From positions 1 to 64,000 of the IMG/VR virus record IMGVR_UViG_3300018080_000122: a stretch of 64,000 bases of DNA; one strand, written 5' to 3'. The notes under the pieces are model-generated. The model was given only the letters and a program-made list of their open reading frames with translations. It did no database searches and was not told the DNA's origin. Numbering within the stretch: position 1 is the stretch's first letter; each line of letters begins with the position of its first letter. Source of the stretch: a virus. Of this stretch, positions 18,710-26,501 are shown one piece after another. The translations under genes were made by a program, and so were the position numbers.

Positions 18710-19755
18710 TGAGGTTTATCGGGTCCAAGAAAACCGTCCTGCCTGCCATTCACGACGTGCTACATAAGCGTGGGCTACAGGTAGACGGCCTCGTGTTTGT
18801 GGACGCTTTCGCAGGGACGGGCGCGGTGGGCTCCGACATGCGGAGCTTGGGCGCCACGGTAATAGGTAACGACTTGTTGTTCTTCAGTTATCTTCGACAA
18901 ATTGCCCTGCTTAGTTTATCATCTCCTCCATCATTCGAAGGAGTGGAGGAGTTCGATGGAATCGGGTCTGCCAGAAAGTTTCTCCTGGGAATTCCAGGGC
19001 AACAGGGAATCATCTCGAAAACCTTTGGTGCTGACGGAGAAGACAGACTCAATTACTTCAGTGACCGTGTGGCCCGGTGGGCGGATGGGGTTCTTAGCTT
19101 TCTCCGACGACAATTTCGGACTGGAAGACTCTCCTGGACCGAATACGCCGTCCTGATCAGCGAAATCATCGAAACGCTAGATCATGCCGCCAACACCACA
19201 GGAGTCTACGCAGCGTGCCTCAAAACGCCTCCACGGGTAAAAGAAATCGCAGAGATCAAACCCGTGCTGGAGATCAGTGGCCCAGCAGGTTTCGCCGCCA
19301 ACACAGACGCCATCAATTTAGTAGCGGGTGTTGACGCTGATATCGTCTACGTTGACAGCCCATACAACACCAGACAGTACTCGTCTTACTATCATATACC
19401 TGAAATCATCGCCAGGCTTCCATTATGCGAACCAGAAGCATTCAGGGAGTCTTTGGTTAATACTACCAAAATGCTTCCGTACAGGCTGAAGTCGAAGTTC
19501 TCTACAAAGAGGGGCGTAGAGGAAGCTTTTCTGAATCTGTTTCGGGCGTGCACAGCCCCCGCTATCTTAGTTAGCTACAGTGAGGACGGCATAATCCCAA
19601 TCGATGACCTTGTCATCTGCATGGAGAGGTTCTACGGAAACGTCTATAAGCACGCGGTGCAACACGCAAAATATAAATCTTCTGATCTATGTAAAGAACG
19701 AAAAGTCAAGGAATACCTAATTTTTGGAATAGATATGGCGCGGTACGAAGACTAG
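18709..19755 (+). CDS. DNA adenine methyltransferase (D12/FokI-like class)
   Basis: MRFIGSK, DAFAGTGAVG, YVDSPYNTRQYSSYYH, VSYS. Confidence 0.8.
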   Translation: MRFIGSKKTVLPAIHDVLHKRGLQVDGLVFVDAFAGTGAVGSDMRSLGATVIGNDLLFFSYLRQIALLSLSSPPSFEGVEEFDGIGSARKFLLGIPGQQGIISKTFGADGEDRLNYFSDRVARWADGVLSFLRRQFRTGRLSWTEYAVLISEIIETLDHAANTTGVYAACLKTPPRVKEIAEIKPVLEISGPAGFAANTDAINLVAGVDADIVYVDSPYNTRQYSSYYHIPEIIARLPLCEPEAFRESLVNTTKMLPYRLKSKFSTKRGVEEAFLNLFRACTAPAILVSYSEDGIIPIDDLVICMERFYGNVYKHAVQHAKYKSSDLCKERKVKEYLIFGIDMARYED

Positions 19756-19775
19756 CGTAGACTGGTATCGGAGAG

Positions 19776-20735
19776 TTGACGGTGGCTACGCCAAGCGAAT
19801 ATCAAGACATCATTGCAGTAGATTCTGTGCTATCCCTAGCGAGGATGTGCCCAACATTAGGGGCTCTTAGACGCCTACCAACTGGCACGATCTACAAAGG
19901 CTACGGTATTTATTGGCGTAAAATAATAAGTGGATTTGGCACTGCACAATTGCTAACAATCTATCCCGTAGATAAGTCCTTGCCTATGTCAACGTTGCCT
20001 GCAGATCTAAAATACAGGACAGCCGCTAACAGCGCTAGAGTATCCGTGATTTCCACTGGATCTGTATATGAGTACGAGGCCAAATGGGAGGTATGGTGGT
20101 TAGTATGGACACCACCACAAGATCTGCGTCACTATGAGTGGAGCACTCCTATAGCTGTTAGTTACCACCCAGTGGTGCCCTCTATAGGAGATCTGAGGCA
20201 CACGCCTGTTCGTGGCCATAAAGTGGTAGTGGTTGAAGACCAATCCAAGGCATACCAATACAACGGCATGGGAGGATGGGAAGCAGTATCACCGCCAGAC
20301 GAGGAAGTCATCAGGCCCCATGAAAACAAGATTCCAGACGTGCCTGGGCACAGAGTGGCGAGCAAGTATGATCTTCTCACATTGAAACAACACGAAGACA
20401 CCGCAGTATTTGTGGACAGCGAACTGAGGTATAGGCAATACAAGAAAGGTATTTGGACTATATATCCCCACCGCGTTATACCTTGGTTGGATGCTGAATC
20501 GCCGCCCCCCAAAACCAAAGACGCCGCGAAGATAGAGCAGGGGTTTTCTGGGGTTATATTACTTGGCAACGATGACACTATGTACACTAAAAAGGAGGTT
20601 CAAAAGATCGTAGAGTCCGCCCTTCAAAACAAGATGCAGGAAACTGCAGAAAAGCCTCCGTTAGATAAGTCTAAACCTAAGATGCCGAGGCGTTTTGATG
20701 GTTCTATCAAAAGAAAATTCAGAAAAGGAGAATAG
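19776..20735 (+). CDS. hypothetical protein with internal repeats and basic tail
   Basis: Repeated V.S..DL....V.V......Y.Y....W module; ends KRKFRKGE. Confidence 0.55.
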   Translation: MTVATPSEYQDIIAVDSVLSLARMCPTLGALRRLPTGTIYKGYGIYWRKIISGFGTAQLLTIYPVDKSLPMSTLPADLKYRTAANSARVSVISTGSVYEYEAKWEVWWLVWTPPQDLRHYEWSTPIAVSYHPVVPSIGDLRHTPVRGHKVVVVEDQSKAYQYNGMGGWEAVSPPDEEVIRPHENKIPDVPGHRVASKYDLLTLKQHEDTAVFVDSELRYRQYKKGIWTIYPHRVIPWLDAESPPPKTKDAAKIEQGFSGVILLGNDDTMYTKKEVQKIVESALQNKMQETAEKPPLDKSKPKMPRRFDGSIKRKFRKGE

Positions 20736-20834
20736 CCCCTGGATACCATACAGAGAATGCAGTAAGATAGGCTCGGACTATCAGTCTGAACGGCCCAGAG
20801 AGGCCACTAGGAGCAAAGGAAAAAGGAGGCCATA

Positions 20835-21632
20835 ATGGCACCAAGAAGAAAAAAGAAAGACTCCGCTCGCACTCACACAATTTCCGATGACGATTGGATG
20901 GTTGGCGAAGGATATGAGGATATCCCAGAGGAAGAAGACGGTATGCCTTGGCGGGTCTGGCTTGAAGCCGGGGCCGAAAAAGAGGTTGTCTTCTTAGATG
21001 GAGATGGGCTATTCTCGCCGCGCGAGCCGTTCATGTTTTACCAGCACCAGATGAAGATTGATGGGAATTGGGGCAACTACGAGACGTGCGTCCCTGGAAA
21101 ACAGGACGGAAAGAACGTTTGTTTTCTCTGTTCTCCTAAAATGCGGCGCGTGAAAACCATGAACCGCAGCTTCGTAGGTGTCTACACTGTCATCGTTACC
21201 ACCCCCCACATCATCAAAAAGGGCCGCAACAAGGGCAAAAAGATTGAGAACAAAAAGATGCTGCTCGTTGCCAAGACGAACACTCTCAAGCTGATCAAGA
21301 GGATCGTTGAGAAAAAAGGTGTCTTGACCGGAGCAAAGGTTACTCTCTATCGTCCTGATGCGGACTCGGCCAACACCGGAACTCCTGAGTTCGACGAACA
21401 TCTCGTTGACCCCAAGAAAATCCAGAAGTGGGCTGAGCAAGGCGACGACGGATTCGAGATGGCCATGGACGCTATTGCCCAAGAGATTGGGATCGATCCC
21501 GATATCGTTGAACCCTACGACTACAGCAAGCTCTTCAAGCCCAAGCACTGGGACGATCTGAAGGAAGAGTACAGTCAACTGGCTTCCAGCAAGTACGACG
21601 AAGAAGAAGCCTCCGACACCAACTACGACTAG
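20835..21632 (+). CDS. single-stranded DNA-binding protein (gp32-like)
   Basis: Strong AGGAGG RBS; H...C...CxxC Zn site; acidic C-terminus. Confidence 0.6.
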   Translation: MAPRRKKKDSARTHTISDDDWMVGEGYEDIPEEEDGMPWRVWLEAGAEKEVVFLDGDGLFSPREPFMFYQHQMKIDGNWGNYETCVPGKQDGKNVCFLCSPKMRRVKTMNRSFVGVYTVIVTTPHIIKKGRNKGKKIENKKMLLVAKTNTLKLIKRIVEKKGVLTGAKVTLYRPDADSANTGTPEFDEHLVDPKKIQKWAEQGDDGFEMAMDAIAQEIGIDPDIVEPYDYSKLFKPKHWDDLKEEYSQLASSKYDEEEASDTNYD

Positions 21633-21646
21633 AACTTAGCACGCTT

Positions 21647-21686
21647 AGTAGAGGCAGGGCACATGTAGGATCGTCCTGCCTCTACT
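21647..21686 (+). terminator. stem-loop downstream of the SSB gene
   Basis: AGTAGAGGCAGG...CCTGCCTCTACT 12-bp stem; weak U-tract. Confidence 0.45.
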
Positions 21687-21707
21687 CATAATTTTAGGTG
21701 CCCTATA

Positions 21708-22016
21708 ATGAGTACGAGGGGTGATAGCGACTACGCCAAATTCGTTTACTATGGGTATGCCTGCGAAGTCATTCAGGGTGGGCAAGAGGTAGGCGGCCAT
21801 TTTGTTTGTTATGTTTCTTTACCAGACAATCATCCATACGTGGGACTCGCAGAGACTTTCCCAGTCATCAAAAGCCTGCGAGTCCCAAACGGGGTTAGGT
21901 GGTGCGGCAATATCGCAGGTAAGTGGACCATAGCTTACGACACAGCACCTATCAATGACTTCGAGCGCGTTCTGTTACATGCGTATGATCTCATTAATCA
22001 ACTAAGGAGAGCATAG
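21708..22016 (+). CDS. hypothetical phage protein
   Basis: GHFVCYVSLPDNHP...W.I.YDTA. Confidence 0.55.
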   Translation: MSTRGDSDYAKFVYYGYACEVIQGGQEVGGHFVCYVSLPDNHPYVGLAETFPVIKSLRVPNGVRWCGNIAGKWTIAYDTAPINDFERVLLHAYDLINQLRRA

Positions 22017-22017
22017 G

Positions 22018-22395
22018 ATGCCAGGAGATTTCGAGAGGCCTGATGTATCACCCATATATGGTATGCCAGAAAGCAAAGAAACCAAGCACACTCTTAAATG
22101 CGGAATGCCAGACGTTCCAAGAGAAGGTCTTCCTTTGCCAACCCAACCAACAGATATAAGTTTGCCAGAACAGGTGGACCACCCCAGCCACTACGGTGGA
22201 AAGGAAAATGTCTACGAGGCCATCAAAGTCATAGATGCCTGGAGACTTAATTTTTCATTGGGGAACGCTGTCAAATACATCGCCAGGGCCGACAAGAAAG
22301 GGAAGCCTATCGAGGATCTCAAGAAGGCCCTCTGGTATTTGAATCATGAGATCGAAATAAGAGAGGCCGCGACCCATGAAGATAGTGAAGCCTAG
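22018..22395 (+). CDS. DUF3310 family protein
   Basis: VDHPSHY...EAIKVI...GNAVKYIARADKKG..EDLKKALWYL. Confidence 0.85.
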   Translation: MPGDFERPDVSPIYGMPESKETKHTLKCGMPDVPREGLPLPTQPTDISLPEQVDHPSHYGGKENVYEAIKVIDAWRLNFSLGNAVKYIARADKKGKPIEDLKKALWYLNHEIEIREAATHEDSEA

Positions 22396-23041
22396 CGCAA
22401 AGCTGGATTGGATCACCCCCAACCCTCTTGAAGTAATAGAAAGAGCGGGCCGCACGGCGTACAAATCTGAATGGAAGATCGCCCCTGGCAGTGCAGAGAT
22501 GTTCGTGAGGATGATCATGAAGCGCGGCCATCTATCTGTTATTGAGCACGCTTCCGCAGCCTTCAGGTTCATCTGCGACCGGGGAGTCTCACATGAGATC
22601 GTGAGACATAGATTGGCTTCTTATACTCAGGAGTCGACGAGGTTCTGTCGCTACAGTAAAGAGAGGTTCGGTAAAGAGATTTCAGTAATAGCACCGTCTC
22701 ATCCTACACCTCTTGAGCCCAGATCATATTCCATTTGGCTTGACGCTATGGTGGACGCGCAGGACGCTTATTTCAAGATGCTGGATGCTGGGCAACCAGC
22801 GCAGATTGCCAGGAGCGTTTTGCCGACGTGCCTCAAAACAGAGATTGTGACCACGGCAAACCTCCGTGAATGGACTCATATATTCAGGATGCGGTTGAGC
22901 AAGGCGGCGCACCCCCAAATACGTTACATTATGGCGTTGGCGTGCAGGGATCTCATCAATAGATGTCGTCCCATTTTCGAAAGCTACGAAGGCCCGGCAA
23001 AAGAAATACTAGAAAAATACGAGCAGGTTAAAGATGAATAG
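22376..23041 (+). CDS. thyX: flavin-dependent thymidylate synthase
   Basis: GHLSVIEH, RHRLASYTQESTR, ARSVLP, NLREW. Confidence 0.95.
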   Translation: MKIVKPSAKLDWITPNPLEVIERAGRTAYKSEWKIAPGSAEMFVRMIMKRGHLSVIEHASAAFRFICDRGVSHEIVRHRLASYTQESTRFCRYSKERFGKEISVIAPSHPTPLEPRSYSIWLDAMVDAQDAYFKMLDAGQPAQIARSVLPTCLKTEIVTTANLREWTHIFRMRLSKAAHPQIRYIMALACRDLINRCRPIFESYEGPAKEILEKYEQVKDE

Positions 23042-23262
23042 AGAAGAGGCTCTGAAAGCGATTGAAGAATTGGATCTTGCCAGGGCGTGCGTGCTCGACT
23101 ATACCAATACAGCCTGCTACCCAAGATCACCCAGATCCTCCCAAAGAGGCCACACCCAAACAACCTGCTGAGTCAGCGCCCAAGAAGACTACCCTTAAGC
23201 CTGGTGCCCCAGTGAAGAGAGTTTTTAGAAAAAGGAGAAGCAAATAAAAATAACCCTTATGC

Positions 23263-23290
23263 TTGCGCTAACCAAAAGTCATGATACACT
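23263..23290 (+). promoter_or_regulatory. phage promoter TTGCGCTAAC-N12-TACACT
   Basis: Recurrent motif; 40 bp upstream of the ORF at 23331. Confidence 0.65.
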
Positions 23291-23330
23291 GGAATCGAAC
23301 CAAAAATAATCTAGAGTAAGGAGGAAATTC

Positions 23331-24365
23331 ATGGCTGAGGCAATGACGGACAAGGAACACCGCGCGTTTGTGCGCAGGCTTAAGGCAGACCTGGATAGAG
23401 AAGCGGAATCCCTCACCCCTGAGAACGCCAGATATTTGGTGGACATTTACTACCAACAGCAAGAAGACCGCAAGCGTGCCGCCAACCAGGCGCGAGCCGC
23501 AGGCGATGACGACGAACCTCATTTCCTGGTGGCATGGTTGGCGGCAGAGTTCAAGGCTTTAGAGAACCTGGTGAAGCACGTCATGGACGTGTACACCAAT
23601 CAGTTCGTCGTAACCAGGTGGGCCAAATCCCTGTTCGGCGTTGGACCCGTCCTAACTGCAGGCATTTTCGCCCACATCGATATCAACCGCGCTCCCACGG
23701 CGGGTAGCCTGTGGCGCCTCTCAGGATATGACCCCACGGTTATATGGACTGGGTCTGCAGAGACCGAGAAGATCCTGAAGAACATTCTCAGAGAGCGCAG
23801 AAAGAAAGATAAGATCGGAAATAAGTCTGCGATCTCCGAAGAGGAGATCGCTGCTGTGGCCGCGTTCTTCGGGCGCAACGTCAAGACGCTCATCAAAGAC
23901 GCCACCACGTCCAAGACCGGTAAACCTAGACAGCTCAACGTGGAGAATCTAGTCAAGGCGACCGCAAGGCGTCCCTGGAACAGTAGATTAAAAACCTTGC
24001 TGTGGAAATTCGCTGACGTCCAGAAAAAGTTCAGTGGCAACGAGAAGTGTTTCTATGGGCGCCTCTACAAAGAGTACAAGACCAATCTGAAGATGCGCAA
24101 CGAAAACGGCGACTTCGCTGAGGCTGCGGCAGAAGTACTGAAGAAGAAGCCCAGCCACAAACAGAAAGCCGCGTACGCTGAAGGCAAGCTGCCAGACGGC
24201 CACCTGGACGCTAGGGCAATGCGTTGGGTGTCCAAGCTCTTCCTCAGCCATCTGCATACCGTGTACTACGAGGCCACGTTCAACGAGCCCGCGCCCAAAC
24301 CCTACGTGATTGCGCATCTCAATCACGTTCACATGATTGAGGTCCCTAACTGGCCCATGACGTAA
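23331..24365 (+). CDS. IS110 C-terminal/Nop-domain protein lacking a nuclease domain (TasA-like)
   Basis: N-terminal coiled coil (YYQQQEDRKRAANQ), SLFGVGPVLTAGIFAHIDI...SLWRLSGYDP, WNSRLK, ARAMRWVSKLFL; no DEDD RuvC-fold N-terminus. Confidence 0.6.
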   Translation: MAEAMTDKEHRAFVRRLKADLDREAESLTPENARYLVDIYYQQQEDRKRAANQARAAGDDDEPHFLVAWLAAEFKALENLVKHVMDVYTNQFVVTRWAKSLFGVGPVLTAGIFAHIDINRAPTAGSLWRLSGYDPTVIWTGSAETEKILKNILRERRKKDKIGNKSAISEEEIAAVAAFFGRNVKTLIKDATTSKTGKPRQLNVENLVKATARRPWNSRLKTLLWKFADVQKKFSGNEKCFYGRLYKEYKTNLKMRNENGDFAEAAAEVLKKKPSHKQKAAYAEGKLPDGHLDARAMRWVSKLFLSHLHTVYYEATFNEPAPKPYVIAHLNHVHMIEVPNWPMT

Positions 24366-25327
24366 GGAGGAAAGATGAAGCAGCCACAACAGATGAGTCC
24401 TATGAAGCCCTTGTTCACAAATGGAAAAGTGCTCTACAAGGGACGTCGGAGTGTTGTTGTGGAGACACAGACCTATGACGGGTAAAACAGGAAGAGACTG
24501 CCCAGCGTGCGGTAAAATGGCCAACGTGGTGACTGAGAAGGAAGAATCTTTCTACGTTGGCGTTGTCAGTGGCGCCCCAGTGTTGGAGTATTTTAGATGC
24601 CCTAACTGCAGGCTGTGTTGGGCTGAGGGGGCCAGCATTGATGACATACTGGAGATGAATAAGCGTGTGTGCCCCCTATGCAAGCTGCACGCTACCATGC
24701 TGTTCTCCGACGGTTCGCACCCTGCTGTGTGTTACAAGTGTTACGCCGCCAACGATTTCAGGGACGAAGAAGACCGATTGGCAGAGGCCGAAAAGTGGTT
24801 CGCTGGTTGGGGCTGGGGTAGCGAGCATCCTTAGTCTGTTATCCACCAAAAGTAAAGAGGATTCTAAATTGTGGTGGCGCACGCGCAGAATTGAACGATG
24901 ATGGTTTAGACGACGGTGACATCACCATCAACAAAAACAAACAAGGAGGACAGTAATGGCAAAGAAAAGGAGGAGAAAGATACCGCAGAAGCGAGTGGAT
25001 AAGGTGATTTCATGACGCGAAACAATACCAGCAACGCCACATTGTTCTGGGCCACTTTGGCTGTACTCTCCATGGCTTTTCTAGCGCTCTCTTTATTGGG
25101 AGACCCAAAACAGGCGCCCGAGGCGCACATATGGCTGGATGACGTGAGTGGTGAGACTTGGTTGACCCTCGTAGACGGCAGGGAGTACTTGTTGGATGAA
25201 GTCGTCCTGGCTGTAGAAGAGTCTATGGAACGCAATGACGTTGACAGGAGGTAAAAATGGGAGGCCACGTCGTAGGTGGAGGAGTGTGACATTCAATGAC
25301 CGACGACGAGATACGGTAGGCGACTCA

Positions 25328-25615
25328 ATGGAAATACGAAAAGAGACGAAGACATTCTTTACCACGGAAGACGGGAAGCCTTTCGCCACACGTGCGGAAG
25401 CAGAGAAGTACGCTTCGGACGTGACGGACAAGAAGATTCTCGATGATTTTATCGATGGTTTTATCTCCTGGAACGACGATTATTGGGATATCTCCATTCA
25501 AGACCTTCGGTCCGAGTGGCCCAACCTCACGGCGGCCATAAGGCGGCACGGCCACCTGAAAGTCTACGTCGTATCCTCCGGGGAATGCAACGGGGGCGGT
25601 CGGCAGGCCCAATGA
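25328..25615 (+). CDS. hypothetical phage protein
   Basis: FFTTEDGKPFATRAEAEKY; internal ATG of track ORF 25235..25615. Confidence 0.5.
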   Translation: MEIRKETKTFFTTEDGKPFATRAEAEKYASDVTDKKILDDFIDGFISWNDDYWDISIQDLRSEWPNLTAAIRRHGHLKVYVVSSGECNGGGRQAQ

Positions 25616-25724
25616 AGCACTTTGTACATTGTGGAGCCATTAGGCATTTACGCTTGAATCGTGGAGTCCCTGATGGTATAGTGGAGTTGACTGCCAAACT
25701 GGAAATAATCAGACAACTGGAACA

Positions 25725-26468
25725 ATGAGAAGCGAATCCAAAGGCGGGGTGATTAACGTTTGGGGGACGTTTGACTACGAGCCTGGTGACATCTATATGG
25801 AATCCCACGAAGAAGATGTCGTAGGGTTTGTAGCCCATGTAACTCTATGCTATAACAAACCTAATATAAACCTACCAAAAGGGGTCCGCCTCAGTAGAAG
25901 GCTACGTTATGAACTCAAGGTGAGCGAATTTTACAGGGTCACTTCATGCTCCATAAAAGATCCTGACTACCTAAAGTGGCCCTACCGGTATGGACTGGCG
26001 TTTCGTAGTATTCCTGGGTATGGGCGCGTAATCTTGAAAATTAGGGATTACAAGAAATGTAAGGAGTTGATGCCTCCTCTGCTCGACAACAAACCTAAAA
26101 AACCTAAAAAGAAGAAACCAAAGAAGAAGCACAAAAAGTTTGATGACGTTGTGTTCATCGATAAGATTCTTGACGAGATGGACAAGGCGTCGCCACCCAA
26201 AAAAACAAAGAAAAAAGAGAAAAACCTCAATTTTGGCATGTTGTGGGGGATGCCCCCGAAGGCTTTACCTGATGATCCTTACAGCGATGATATATTCACC
26301 GACGACGATCTGGATGACTCCCTTGCAAAGTTGAAGGCACTCAACACTAAGATGAAGAAGCAAATCGCAGACACCAAGAAGAATAAGGAGGAGAAGCCTA
26401 TCGAAAAGCCAAAGCCGATCCGCAAAATAGGCGCCCCCGTGCACCGCAAATTCCATAAGCGGAGATGA
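25725..26468 (+). CDS. hypothetical Lys-rich protein with PolA motif-B-like segment and GAPxxRKF tail
   Basis: KNLNFGMLWGMPPKAL; ends KIGAPVHRKFHKRR. Confidence 0.55.
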   Translation: MRSESKGGVINVWGTFDYEPGDIYMESHEEDVVGFVAHVTLCYNKPNINLPKGVRLSRRLRYELKVSEFYRVTSCSIKDPDYLKWPYRYGLAFRSIPGYGRVILKIRDYKKCKELMPPLLDNKPKKPKKKKPKKKHKKFDDVVFIDKILDEMDKASPPKKTKKKEKNLNFGMLWGMPPKALPDDPYSDDIFTDDDLDDSLAKLKALNTKMKKQIADTKKNKEEKPIEKPKPIRKIGAPVHRKFHKRR

Positions 26469-26501
26469 TAAACCGCATGAAAAAACATAGGAGAATAGGA
26501 A

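Noticed and set aside
23331-24365. Active IS110 insertion sequence
   Set aside because: No DEDD catalytic domain or element boundaries; the gene uses a phage-type promoter.
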